A DNA stretch of 64,000 nucleotides. Source: Methanobacteriota archaeon (GTDB lineage Archaea > Halobacteriota > Methanomicrobia > Methanomicrobiales > Methanocorpusculaceae). A program made the translations under genes and the position numbers. The notes beneath the pieces were generated by a model, which was not told where the DNA came from, did not search any database, and was given only the letters and a program-made list of their open reading frames with translations. How positions within the stretch are numbered: the stretch's first letter is position 1; the number at the start of each line of letters is the position of its first letter. Below, one piece after another: positions 19,547-29,158 of the stretch. The stretch lies in the NCBI GenBank assembly GCA_023396065.1, contig JAEWXF010000025.1:1201-65200 (forward strand). Direction: 5' to 3'.

Positions 19547-20023
19547 TCAGGTATTTTCCACTGAAAGATCTTCGCGGGGGACGCGTAGATTCGGCACAAC
19601 CGCTGAAAGGCCCAAAGTTGCGATCCCGCAGAGAAGGCCAAGAAACGCAGTTGCATGAAAACCTGTCGTAAAGACTGAAACGGTCAGATCACCCACTGCT
19701 GTTCCGATTGATGCCGGGACTGCGAGAGAGAAAACAACCGCATATGCCGCAACCCCGATCACCCCGCCGAGGAAATCCGACGTAATCATCACCGACGTTC
19801 CGGTACCCGCCTCCCCTTCAGGAGCATGCTGTACAATCCGTGTCGTAGACGGTCCGCCGGATATTCCAAATGCGAGTCCCATACAGATCAGACCCGGTAT
19901 CAGAGCAGCAATTCCCCATTCCGGAAGAATTACGAGAAAGATCCCGCAGAATGCAATTCGACAGACTGCTGCAATCAGTAACAGCATCCTCTGGTGACGG
20001 GGATTTCTGATGACCTGATACAT
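19547..20023 (-). pseudogene. Internally deleted DHA2 MFS transporter (N-terminus fused to the last ~4 TM helices)
   Basis: 158 aa. GLICMGLAFGISGGPSTTRIVQHAPEGEAGTGTS...LGGVIGVA...FTTGFHAT is the C-terminal end of a DHA2 transporter; most of the protein is missing. Confidence 0.7.
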
Positions 20024-20126
20024 GGGAAAAGTACCGTATGGTATTTGCATTTGGCCATTATGAACTTCATGGCTGGATCGTCTCTTCCCCAGCTATATAT
20101 CATCCCAGAACCCATTGAATACTATC

Positions 20127-20789
20127 ATGTTGGAGATCCTGACAGCGATCGTGTCGGCGGCGATTACCCTCTTCATAATTCTGGATCCCCTGCTGTCCGT
20201 CTCAATGTTCATCGACCTGACGCGTGGTTTGTCCGGAAAAGAGGTCCTGAAACAGGCAGGTATTGCGACAGCCGTAGCCGGGGCGCTGATGCTGCTGTTC
20301 CTGATGTTTAATGACGTGATCTTCTCTGTTCTCGGAATTGAACTGGAGAGTTTCAAGGTAGCCGGCGGTATCATCCTGTTTATTCTCGGTCTGCAGATTG
20401 TTCTGGGTCTGGAGATCGGAGGAAAAGCTGCCCATGAAGCACGTGCCGATCAGGCCCGGGAAGGAAGGGAACTATCTTCGAGTGTCGTGAAAAAATCCAT
20501 GGCGGGTGTTATCATCGGAACACCGATTATGTGCGGCCCGGGAACGATTACGACCGTCATGATTCTCGGATCGCAGATTGGTATTCTGCTGACTGCCCTG
20601 GCCATCATTCTTGCGTTGTTCTGTATCTGGATTGTCCTGGCGTTTTCGTCCCGGCTGACCGCACTTCTTGGCGAGACGGTAATTGTTATCCTCTCCAAGA
20701 TTGTTGGTCTGCTTCTCACCGCAATCGCGGTGCATACGATATGGACCGGAGTTATGGGGCTGGCTGCCCTGAGTATTGCAGGACTGTAA
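20127..20789 (+). CDS. MarC family integral membrane protein
   Basis: LFIILDP, FKVAGGIILF, PIMCGPGTITT, KIVGLLLTAIAV. Confidence 0.9.
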   Translation: MLEILTAIVSAAITLFIILDPLLSVSMFIDLTRGLSGKEVLKQAGIATAVAGALMLLFLMFNDVIFSVLGIELESFKVAGGIILFILGLQIVLGLEIGGKAAHEARADQAREGRELSSSVVKKSMAGVIIGTPIMCGPGTITTVMILGSQIGILLTALAIILALFCIWIVLAFSSRLTALLGETVIVILSKIVGLLLTAIAVHTIWTGVMGLAALSIAGL

Positions 20790-20793
20790 GCGT

Positions 20794-21480
20794 ATGGTAC
20801 AGTTTCGTCCGGAATTTACCGAGGTACTCGTATTTGATCTTGAGGCGTTTGTCCCGCCGGCTGACCGCCGGCGGCGAACCGGTGCCTCTCTTGCAGTAAA
20901 TCCGTACCGGCCGGATCATACTCTGCTGGGAGGGGTGGTCTATCGTGCCCGGCCTCTCACCGGGGAGGTCCTTTCACCATATGAACATCACTGGATCTGG
21001 GAGGACGGGGGTGAACGTGAGGTGGTATCTTCCCTGTACCGGCTTTTTGCAGATACATGGCGGGCTGTCTCCGGGAAACGGACCTTTCATGCGGATCCTG
21101 TTGTTGCCGGGGTCGGGATTGCAACATTTGATCTTCCGTTTCTGATGGCAAAGTGCCTGCAGTATGCGGTGGCCCCGGCTGAAGAAGTCTATGAGACCAT
21201 CGGTAAAATGCGGGTTTTAGATCTATCTACTGCAGGAATTGGATTTCTTCATCCCAATCGTCCGATTCTGCATCCCTGTAGCCATAATGAGCTTGCCGAC
21301 GAATTTCTGGGAGAACGTGCCCGTAAGCCCACCGGAAAATGTGTCTGGGATATGGCGGATGCCCAGGAGTATGCAGCAATTGCAGAGCGGTGCGAGGGGG
21401 AAGTTCGTGAAATGGTCCTGCTGATGGATGCAATGCTGCAGCGCTGCCGATGCCCTGATACTGAAAAGAAGGAATATTAG
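20794..21480 (+). CDS. Putative stand-alone DEDD/PolB-type 3'-5' exonuclease-like protein
   Basis: VFDLE (ExoI), GVGIATFDLPFL (ExoII), RVLDL, IAERCEGEV (ExoIII-like). Confidence 0.6.
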   Translation: MVQFRPEFTEVLVFDLEAFVPPADRRRRTGASLAVNPYRPDHTLLGGVVYRARPLTGEVLSPYEHHWIWEDGGEREVVSSLYRLFADTWRAVSGKRTFHADPVVAGVGIATFDLPFLMAKCLQYAVAPAEEVYETIGKMRVLDLSTAGIGFLHPNRPILHPCSHNELADEFLGERARKPTGKCVWDMADAQEYAAIAERCEGEVREMVLLMDAMLQRCRCPDTEKKEY

Positions 21481-22727
21481 ATTCTCCGGATCTTCACGGA
21501 GTTTGCATGGGCCGCGAGTCCTTCGGCGGTTGCCAGAGTTTCTACAATGTCACCGATGGTATCCAGACCGTCCCGGGTGACGATCTGTACCTGGGACCGT
21601 TTCATGAAATGGTTTACGTCCAGTGCCGAGTAACTTTTTGCGTATCCTGCGGTCGGAAGGACATGGTTTGTGCCGGATGCATAGTCACCGCAGGCTACCG
21701 GGGTGTAGGGACCGATGAAGATCGAGCCTGCATGACGGATTCCGGAAAGTGTTCCAAGCGGATCAGCGGTCTGAATGGACAGGTGTTCGGGCGCTATCCG
21801 GTTCATCAGTTCGGCGGCTTCGTCCGGATCTTTGGCAATTACGTATCCTGAGTGGGCGAGGGCTTTTTCGATGATCTCTTTTCTCGGCGCTTCTTGGACC
21901 TGTGTGGTGATTTCGTCTCCGACCGCTTCGGCAAGCTCTGCGGAGTCGGTGATCAGGACACAGGCAGCGTTTGGGTCATGCTCTGCCTGTGCCAGAACAT
22001 CGGCTGCGATAAACTTCGGGTTTGCGGTTCTGTCGGCAAGGATACCGATCTCACTGGGTCCGGCAGGGAAGTCGATCTCTGCATACTCGCGCAGCATCAT
22101 TTTTGCCTGGGTAACAAATACGTTTCCCGGGCCGACGATCTTCTGAACCGGCCGGATGGTTTCGGTTCCAAGAGCCATTGCGGCGACGGCCTGTGCTCCG
22201 CCGATCTGGTACGCTTCGGTGACTCCGGCAATGTCAAGGGCAATCAGGGTGAGAGGGTTTGCCGGCGGAGGGGTACAGACGACAATCTCCGGGACGCCTG
22301 CTACCCGGGCTGCAACGGTGGTCATGAGGACGGTGGACGGGTAGGCTGCCCGGCCTCCGGGGATGTAGGCGCCAATCCGGTCAAGCGGTGTAGTTTTTAC
22401 GCCGAGGGTTATACCCGGTTCCATCTCTTCAAGCCAGAGGGTTTTTCCTTTCTGGGTCTCATGGAACTGAGTTATCCGTGCTTCAGCCTCAATCAGGGCC
22501 TGTACAAGTTCCGGTGCGACTTCATCATATGCGGCGTCGATCGTTTCGGGTGCGATTTTGAGGTCGGTCAGTTTCTGGTGGTCGAACTTTTCCGTGAGTG
22601 CAAAAAGGGCTGCGTCACCGTCTGTTCTGACCTGTTCGATGATCGAGGTCACTGCATCCTTGACATCGGAGAGTGTGCCTCTCCGAGATTGTATCCAGGA
22701 CTCTACTGCAAGGGGCTGCCACAACAT
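21477..22727 (-). CDS. hisD: Histidinol dehydrogenase
   Basis: YIPGGRAAYPST, KIVGPGN, AGPSE, AQAEHD, APEHL, GDYASGTNHVLPT. Confidence 0.97.
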   Translation of the reverse strand: MLWQPLAVESWIQSRRGTLSDVKDAVTSIIEQVRTDGDAALFALTEKFDHQKLTDLKIAPETIDAAYDEVAPELVQALIEAEARITQFHETQKGKTLWLEEMEPGITLGVKTTPLDRIGAYIPGGRAAYPSTVLMTTVAARVAGVPEIVVCTPPPANPLTLIALDIAGVTEAYQIGGAQAVAAMALGTETIRPVQKIVGPGNVFVTQAKMMLREYAEIDFPAGPSEIGILADRTANPKFIAADVLAQAEHDPNAACVLITDSAELAEAVGDEITTQVQEAPRKEIIEKALAHSGYVIAKDPDEAAELMNRIAPEHLSIQTADPLGTLSGIRHAGSIFIGPYTPVACGDYASGTNHVLPTAGYAKSYSALDVNHFMKRSQVQIVTRDGLDTIGDIVETLATAEGLAAHANSVKIRRI

Positions 22728-22844
22728 AGTGGGATACTATTTGGTTTTGTCCGGGTTGAATGTTTTTGTGAGAGAGTGGCAGAGGTCTGTATCGTTAAAT
22801 TAGTTCACCGTCTCAAAGAGCTTCCCTGTAATAGAAAAAAAAGA

Positions 22845-23342
22845 TTATACTCCTGAGTTCAGGACATGTGTGGTTGCAGGGATAACCAGCTGGTCGGAGA
22901 ATGTGTACACTTTGCCGTCCGGGAAGGTAAGCGTCGTCACCGTTGGCGAGAGATCAATGGTGAGGATAGAGGAGATGATCGGGTAGCTCTTCAAAATCTC
23001 CTCAGCCCGGGTAAAGTCAAGCGTCGGGGTGGTATATGTGCTGTTTTTGATCGTAGCGAGCCGCTCGATATACAGTGATACATCCGAATCACCGGACTCA
23101 ACCTGTGTTACCCGACCGGGGGCATACTCATCGCAGGCTTTGCGGATCTCCGCTGCAGGGTTTGCAACGTTAAGGGCAACTCCTATTTTTTCCAGCCAGG
23201 ACAGTGTGTATTTCACATCCACGTTCGCATTTCCGTCGGTGTCAATTGCAATATCCAGAGAATCTGCAACAATGGCAGATGCCGGGGAGACTGCAAGCAG
23301 TCCGAGAAGGAGAAGTGCGCCAAGAAGATATTGTGGCTTCAT
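22845..23342 (-). CDS. Secreted hypothetical protein
   Basis: Signal peptide MKPQYLLGALLLLGLLAVSPASA; start ATG 23342 lies just downstream of tRNA-Gly. Confidence 0.65.
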   Translation of the reverse strand: MKPQYLLGALLLLGLLAVSPASAIVADSLDIAIDTDGNANVDVKYTLSWLEKIGVALNVANPAAEIRKACDEYAPGRVTQVESGDSDVSLYIERLATIKNSTYTTPTLDFTRAEEILKSYPIISSILTIDLSPTVTTLTFPDGKVYTFSDQLVIPATTHVLNSGV

Positions 23343-23400
23343 ACCCTCTACTTGGAATGCAACAGCAAAAAAGTTTCTGTGATACAGACGGAAAAAGAAG

Positions 23401-23472
23401 TGCATCGACCGGGACTCGAACCCGAGTTTAGGCGTTGGCAACGCCTAGTGATAACCACTACACTATCGATGC
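23401..23472 (-). tRNA. tRNA-Gly(GCC)
   Basis: Reverse complement GCATCGATAGTGTAGTGGTTATCACTAGGCGTTGCCAACGCCTAAACTCGGGTTCGAGTCCCGGTCGATGCA; acceptor stem GCATCGA/TCGATGC, anticodon arm AGGCG-TTGCCAA-CGCCT, GGTTCGA T-loop; no encoded CCA. Confidence 0.95.
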
Positions 23473-23561
23473 AATGCTGTCCTCAGAACCGCCGCAGCGT
23501 CCAGAACTTGCGATAATATTGAAGGGTATCTCAGAATTAAAGGATGCCGGTTTAATTTCCG

Positions 23562-24482
23562 TTAGACCATCGTCCATACCCAGGAGCCGGTTACGGCGCA
23601 GCCGATCAGAAACCCGATGATTGCGCCGGTATTAATATATGGAAGGCCCGGCTGGGGTTTTCCGGTATTTACCGGTCTGAGGAGGAGACACAATCCGACG
23701 ACACCGCCGAGAAGCGCGCCGAGTGCCGGGACACAGATACCGAAGTATGCAAGCACCCCTTCGCCCCCTGCATACACCTGAGCAGACGTGACAAGAATCG
23801 CCGGCATAATAACGTCTCCCATCCCGATCATATATGCGCCGCGATCCTCTTTTCTCTCCGTGATGCTGAATCCCGACCGCCGGTACGAGTAACTGCGGGA
23901 CTTTGGAACGAGGAACATAATCGGCATTTTCTGCCGGAGAACCCCGTCGGCCAGCGTCAGCATGTGCTTCGTCCGGTGAACGGATATGGCATCATAGATC
24001 AGCAGCAGAATCAGGAGGATCAGTACCGGGATAATGGATAAGGATATACCAAAGATCGAAGCGCAGCCGGCCGAGATTATAACTCCGGCAGTGTTGATAA
24101 CGTACCACTCCGGGTAATACCACAGCAACAGAATCACCACAACCGCCGCAGCGATGCCGATAAGATCAGCGGGTGTTCCCGGCAGGTAAAAGGCAGAGAG
24201 GGACGCCGTCACATAGTAGATCACCAGAGCCAGACAGAGGCCGATGATCCCGGTGATCACAGTCTGGGCTTTCCATTTGATGAGGAGAAGCAGCAGTGCC
24301 GTAAACACAAGCATGATAAAGAGGAAGACAAATGGATTTGCAAGAGAGTCCGGATCCTCAAATGCGCCAAGTCCGGCAGTAGTAACCGGCTCTATCAGCA
24401 GCAGGGACAGTAGTCCGGTTAGGATCATGAGGAGTATCATCCCCATATACGGCACAGCAGAACGGATCGAAAAGTCACTCAT
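23562..24482 (-). CDS. Presenilin-like intramembrane aspartyl protease (PSH)
   Basis: IYDAISV (YD), IGMGD (GxGD), QPGLP (PAL-like) motifs; polytopic membrane protein. Confidence 0.9.
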   Translation of the reverse strand: MSDFSIRSAVPYMGMILLMILTGLLSLLLIEPVTTAGLGAFEDPDSLANPFVFLFIMLVFTALLLLLIKWKAQTVITGIIGLCLALVIYYVTASLSAFYLPGTPADLIGIAAAVVVILLLWYYPEWYVINTAGVIISAGCASIFGISLSIIPVLILLILLLIYDAISVHRTKHMLTLADGVLRQKMPIMFLVPKSRSYSYRRSGFSITERKEDRGAYMIGMGDVIMPAILVTSAQVYAGGEGVLAYFGICVPALGALLGGVVGLCLLLRPVNTGKPQPGLPYINTGAIIGFLIGCAVTGSWVWTMV

Positions 24483-24524
24483 GTATAGGTAACTTAATAT
24501 TTTAGCGGTCTCCTTAGTTAAATT

Positions 24525-24839
24525 ATGAATATTCGTGACAGCATCCCTGAGCTCGTGCTGATCGCAATTATGGCAATCTCAAGCTTTGTGGTAGTAGTCC
24601 GCCTGTGGCAGGATGCGATAATCGCTATTGGAATTGAGCTGCTGATTCTCTGTCTTGGTGGATTTCTCCTGCAGATTACCCTTCGTCTGCGTAAACTCGA
24701 AGAGCAGAGCGCCGCTCGCGAGAGAATGATGAGGGGAAATCTTGAGGAGCTTGCACGCAGGATGATCCAGAAGCAGGATGCAACATCAGAAACGGTCATT
24801 CAGGCCGTTGAGAGCATTAAAAGCAGAATGTATCGATAA
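24525..24839 (+). CDS. Small hypothetical membrane protein with coiled-coil tail
   Basis: Two hydrophobic helices and a charged helical C-terminus; 3 nt upstream of fen. Confidence 0.6.
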   Translation: MNIRDSIPELVLIAIMAISSFVVVVRLWQDAIIAIGIELLILCLGGFLLQITLRLRKLEEQSAARERMMRGNLEELARRMIQKQDATSETVIQAVESIKSRMYR

Positions 24840-24842
24840 AAT

Positions 24843-25844
24843 ATGGGTGTTGTGCTTCGGCCGCTGATTGCGGATTTCCGGGAAAGTCCGGGCTGGGATA
24901 TGCTTGGCGGCATTGCGGCGATTGACGCCTATAATGCCCTGTATCAGTTTTTGAGCGGAATCCGGCAGCCGGATGGTACGCCGCTGATGGATGATGAGGG
25001 AAGGATAACCTCTCATCTCAGCGGTCTGCTGTTCCGGACGGCAAATCTGGTGGAAAAGAATATTACACCTGTGTATGTGTTTGACGGAAAACCGCCCGCA
25101 TTTAAGGCGGAAACGCTTGCAGAACGGCGGGTTATCCGGGATAATGCGGCGGATGCATGGGAGCGCTCTCTCAAAGAGGGTGATGAAGAGGGCGCGCGAA
25201 AACATGCGATGGCCTCGTCGCGGGTAGATGCGTATGTGAAGGAGTCTTCAAAAGAACTGCTGACGGCACTGGGAATTTCATGGATTCAGGCACCGGAGGA
25301 GGGAGAGGCTCAATCGGCGTATATGGTAACTGCGGGGGATGTGACGTATGCGGTATCACAGGATTATGATTCTCTGCTGTTCGGTACGCCGCGGCTGGTC
25401 CGCAATATTACTGTCTCAGGTCGGCGGCGGTTCCGCGGAAAAGTTCTGCAGGTCTACCCGGAACGGCTGATTTTGGCGGATGTGCTTGCCGGTCTCAAAC
25501 TGACACGCGAGGAGCTGATTCAGACGGCACTGCTGATCGGGACTGATTATAACTCAGGGGTAAGCGGCGTCGGCCCGAAAACGGCAATTAAACTGGTGCG
25601 CGAGGGAAAGTTTGCTGAGAAGATCACGGAGTCGGAAAATGCGGCTGACCCTGAAGTCCTGATGCAGTATTTCCTTCACCCGCCGGTGGAGACGGATTAT
25701 TCCCTGACAAAGAGGTCTCCGGATCAGGACAAAGTCTTTGAGATATTATGCGAGGAGCATGGTTTCTCTCATGACCGGGTGACGGCCGGTCTGGAACGGC
25801 TGGGCGCAAAGAAGGGTCAGGCGACGCTTGATGCCTGGTTCTGA
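24843..25844 (+). CDS. fen: Flap endonuclease 1
   Basis: [42 protein letters not shown]-terminal PIP box QATLDAWF. Confidence 0.96.
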   Translation: MGVVLRPLIADFRESPGWDMLGGIAAIDAYNALYQFLSGIRQPDGTPLMDDEGRITSHLSGLLFRTANLVEKNITPVYVFDGKPPAFKAETLAERRVIRDNAADAWERSLKEGDEEGARKHAMASSRVDAYVKESSKELLTALGISWIQAPEEGEAQSAYMVTAGDVTYAVSQDYDSLLFGTPRLVRNITVSGRRRFRGKVLQVYPERLILADVLAGLKLTREELIQTALLIGTDYNSGVSGVGPKTAIKLVREGKFAEKITESENAADPEVLMQYFLHPPVETDYSLTKRSPDQDKVFEILCEEHGFSHDRVTAGLERLGAKKGQATLDAWF

Positions 25845-25869
25845 ATACGGACCGAAAAAAATACAGTGA

Positions 25870-26439
25870 TCAGGGAAGTTTCTTGATTCTGACCGTCTCT
25901 TTTTTGGGTGCTTCCTCCTCCGCTTTTTCCTCCTCAGAACGCAGATGACGGATTGGCCGGATCGTCACCGCACTGACATACACTGCATCAGAGTTTGTCA
26001 GCTTATGCATCACCGTTCCCAGCACCTCAACCTGTGCCCCGACCCCGATCAGCGGGTCAGGCAGCGCAAATCTCCGTATCACAATCTGTCCGGTTCCATC
26101 CATCAGAAGGTACGACGGTTTGTTCATCAGAAGACCGGTTACCTTGAGGACTTTTCCTTCCAGAATCACCGGAACACCGGTCATCGCAGAGGAAACCTGA
26201 CGGGCACGGACAAATTTAGCTCTGGTTTTCATTGCAGGAATCTGCTCCAGAATCTGTTTTTCCGTCAGATAATTCATACCCAGCGGCACGCCGATCAGAA
26301 TAATACACAAGGGTACTGCCAGATATACATACATTGGATTCTGTGACGAGCCATACATCATCGCGCACATCGCCGCAAAAAACACCGTGACCGCAAACAG
26401 CAGCGGCGGCACACGAACCGAAATTCCACGGATTCTCAT
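25870..26439 (-). CDS. Membrane-anchored OB-fold protein
   Basis: Two N-terminal TM helices, then VILEGKV...LMDGTGQIVIR...VEVLG OB-fold pattern; start ATG 26439. Confidence 0.65.
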   Translation of the reverse strand: MRIRGISVRVPPLLFAVTVFFAAMCAMMYGSSQNPMYVYLAVPLCIILIGVPLGMNYLTEKQILEQIPAMKTRAKFVRARQVSSAMTGVPVILEGKVLKVTGLLMNKPSYLLMDGTGQIVIRRFALPDPLIGVGAQVEVLGTVMHKLTNSDAVYVSAVTIRPIRHLRSEEEKAEEEAPKKETVRIKKLP

Positions 26440-26541
26440 CTGTTTTACAGATGGGTGGAGAAGCCATATAAAATAACCGCGGGTAAACCCTTCATATTCT
26501 CCCGGCACCCACATATACATTGAGCTGACGTGCCGAAACAT

Positions 26542-27186
26542 ATGGTAAAAATTCCCCCGATGCTTACCGATACGATTACCTGCGGTATTGCTTCGGTCGA
26601 TAAAACCCTCTTTGCCGAGACCGGTCCCTGCCCCCATTGCGGAGGACGGCCAGGCCCGTATGACACGAAAGAAAAACATTACGCGACCATCCGGGAGGGT
26701 GATGCTACCCGGAAAATAACCGTTTTTGTCCGGAGGTTCCGCTGTACCTCCTGTGGGGCTCTCCTCTACGCGGACGAACCGTTTTACCCGGATACCCGGC
26801 TTGGTTCTACCATTGTCGACCTTGCAATTGCGCTCTCACTGGTCAACACGTTTTCCCACGCGGCAGAACTCATCAATGGAATGGGTATCGAAATTGACCG
26901 AGGTTCGGTCAGAAAATATGCACTCTCGACCCTGCCGGTTCCGGCGATTACCTTCTTTTACGGTCTGCCGCTTCCGGTCTCACTCTTTACTCTTACCGGG
27001 CGGGCCGGTTCGCTCAATCCCGGCCCCGCACACGGGGCAGAAGTTCTCGCATCCAGTGGTTTTCCATCCGCATACCGGACACCTGCGGACCTCTCGGGAA
27101 CGTCGCTTGCCCGCCAGAAGCAGAGGAAAGAACAAAAACAAAAAGAAAAACGGGAAGCCCAGCATCCAGCAGACGACCGTAAGTAA
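26542..27186 (+). CDS. Zn-ribbon + HTH-like protein resembling the N-terminus of ISL3-type transposases, with no catalytic domain
   Basis: CPHCG...VRRFRCTSCG...FYPDTRL...TFSHAAELINGMGIEIDRGSVRKY. Confidence 0.55.
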   Translation: MVKIPPMLTDTITCGIASVDKTLFAETGPCPHCGGRPGPYDTKEKHYATIREGDATRKITVFVRRFRCTSCGALLYADEPFYPDTRLGSTIVDLAIALSLVNTFSHAAELINGMGIEIDRGSVRKYALSTLPVPAITFFYGLPLPVSLFTLTGRAGSLNPGPAHGAEVLASSGFPSAYRTPADLSGTSLARQKQRKEQKQKEKREAQHPADDRK

Positions 27187-27228
27187 TACGGAACCGGCAG
27201 CCAGTGCAAGGGATATGGGGAGCTTCAT
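26980..27228 (-). CDS. Small membrane-anchored double-CxxC zinc-ribbon protein
   Basis: MKLPISLALAAGSVLLTVVCWMLGFPFFFLFLFFPLLL...CPVCG...NFCPVCG; ATG overlaps the mfnF stop (ATGA). Confidence 0.65.
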   Translation of the reverse strand: MKLPISLALAAGSVLLTVVCWMLGFPFFFLFLFFPLLLAGKRRSREVRRCPVCGWKTTGCENFCPVCGAGIERTGPPGKSKE

Positions 27229-28145
27229 TGTCTGTGTTCTGCGAGCTGCCGTACGGCAAATGCCGGTAAGGCATCTGCAGGGATTTTGACTGCTGCGGTC
27301 AGATCGATACCCCTGACCAGCGGGGCAAACACCGGAGAGCCGATGCCGCCCACAAGAATGGTATCTGCCTTTGAGGCATCTGCCACGCGTTGGACCGCCG
27401 TACATACCAGCGTCCGCTGGGCGTCCCAGAATGCATGTGCAACTGCTACCGCCCCGCCTTCCCCAATCTCTTCAAGATCGGCACACACTGTTCTTGCCAG
27501 ACGGCGCAGGCATGCTTCGCGGCTGACGTTTTTTCCGTCGGGTGTCGCAGAGGTATACTCTGCATCCCCGATATGGCCGAGGACATAATGAGCATCTCCG
27601 CTGCAGGCAAAGTACTCGGTTGAGAACGGGGTGGGTACTCCGTCAATCGTTGCAGAGTTTGCCAGCGTTGCGACCGGAGTCCGGAGCATTCCGGTGTATA
27701 CCAGATATCCGTGCTGCAGCCGGAGCGTATCGGTCATGCCGGTCAGTTTTGCAAACTCTGCAAACGGGACAATATCGGCGGTTGTGCTGCCGATATCCAG
27801 CATCATTCCGTGTGGATATTTTGTCCGCAGCCAGTCGACCGAAGCAAGCCAGTTGGCCGCTGCAAGGTCCGGACATGCGTCTGCGTGAAATGCCCCGTCG
27901 GTTCCGTAGAACTGTGCGTCCGGAAAGGTTCTGCGGACAGCATTCACAATATAGCGAATTCCCTCCGCTTTATTGAAAAATCCGTCGGCAAGTTCGCCGC
28001 TCATGACGACTGCCGCATCTTCTCCGCGATATTCTGCCAGAATTTCAGCGAGGTTTGATTCCTGCCAGAGCGGGCAGTAGTGAATGTGGACGCCGGTATC
28101 GTCGACAACTTTCAGGTTTGCCCCGCCGACATCGATACCGATCAT
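27225..28145 (-). CDS. mfnF: Methanofuran biosynthesis protein MfnF (hydantoinase/oxoprolinase-like)
   Basis: IGIDVGGANLK, VMSGELAD, AAANW, DIGSTTADI, LVYTGMLRT, RLARTVCAD; coupled to mfnD. Confidence 0.82.
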   Translation of the reverse strand: MIGIDVGGANLKVVDDTGVHIHYCPLWQESNLAEILAEYRGEDAAVVMSGELADGFFNKAEGIRYIVNAVRRTFPDAQFYGTDGAFHADACPDLAAANWLASVDWLRTKYPHGMMLDIGSTTADIVPFAEFAKLTGMTDTLRLQHGYLVYTGMLRTPVATLANSATIDGVPTPFSTEYFACSGDAHYVLGHIGDAEYTSATPDGKNVSREACLRRLARTVCADLEEIGEGGAVAVAHAFWDAQRTLVCTAVQRVADASKADTILVGGIGSPVFAPLVRGIDLTAAVKIPADALPAFAVRQLAEHRQ

Positions 28146-29047
28146 GGAACGGTAACTCCGCCCCGTTCGTCAAACACTGCAGTTTTGCCGTTGTAGTTGA
28201 CCTTTTCCGGCGGAAGGCCGACGGTTGCCTTCAGGAGAATATCCGCGATTTCATCATCAACAACCTGAACAATGCCCGCAAGACTCATCGTCGGGCGGGG
28301 GTTGACGTCAACCACCCAGATCTTTTCACCGACGATCATGTCAATACCGATATATCCCTGACATCCAAGCCGTTCAATGGTCTTTTTGGCCACGTCGATC
28401 ATCTCCTCCTCACGTTCCGGGTGAACCGGGGTTTCACCGCCCTCATAGATGAAGACACCGTCGGTTCCGGGATGAGAGTACTGACGGTTGATCGTCAGAA
28501 AGACGGGGGGCAGACCACTGTAGTATCCGCATGCTTCGCCGACAACACGGCTGCCGACGATACTGACGCTGTAGTGTTCTCCTTCAAGGTATTCGACGGA
28601 CATTTCATCTTTCCCTGGCATCTCTCCGTCTTTTGCGATGCGGACGGCGACGGAACCTGCTCCTTTGACCGGTTTGATAACCCGTTTTCCCGGGAAGTCA
28701 GCGGGGACCTCTTTTGGGACGTCAATACCGATACTTGCGAGAATTTTTGCGGTCAGCCGTTTGTTTGCGCAGACAGCTATACTGGTACTGTCTGCTCCGA
28801 GATTATGGGTTGCAAGCTCCAGAGTATGGGTAAACCGGGAGAGCAGGACGTCCGGGGCGATGACCAGGCCGTAGTCACACTGCGGCGCGAGCCGTGCGAT
28901 CTCTTCATTGAAGTCGCCGGACTTTGGCATGATCACGGTATGGCCAAGACGTTCAAAACTTTTCTGCAGTGCAGTTACCATGGCTTTTCCTTCCGGGGCA
29001 AGTGCCGGGTCATGCACTGTGGTATATTCGGCAATAAGCACCAACAT
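28142..29047 (-). CDS. mfnD: Tyramine--L-glutamate ligase (ATP-grasp), methanofuran biosynthesis
   Basis: AEY...APEGKAM, LVIAPD, IKPVKGAGS, LTINRQ, YEGGETP, GYIGID, VDVNPRPT. Confidence 0.8.
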   Translation of the reverse strand: MLVLIAEYTTVHDPALAPEGKAMVTALQKSFERLGHTVIMPKSGDFNEEIARLAPQCDYGLVIAPDVLLSRFTHTLELATHNLGADSTSIAVCANKRLTAKILASIGIDVPKEVPADFPGKRVIKPVKGAGSVAVRIAKDGEMPGKDEMSVEYLEGEHYSVSIVGSRVVGEACGYYSGLPPVFLTINRQYSHPGTDGVFIYEGGETPVHPEREEEMIDVAKKTIERLGCQGYIGIDMIVGEKIWVVDVNPRPTMSLAGIVQVVDDEIADILLKATVGLPPEKVNYNGKTAVFDERGGVTVP

Positions 29048-29158
29048 GATACTAATATACGCTTTTCCCGTTACATCAGGCTGCCGATTGGGACAGCCGG
29101 AGAACCCGAAAGAGTATTACCATCAGGGATTGAACGTTATCAGCAGGAGAGTGCGGAT

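Noticed and set aside
23343..23441. N-terminal extension of the 198-aa minus ORF
   Set aside because: It runs through tRNA-Gly; the signal peptide begins at ATG 23342
28055..29158. 632-aa plus-strand ORF as a long SurE fusion
   Set aside because: The first ~370 codons are the antisense shadow of mfnD; SurE motifs start only at ATG 29159
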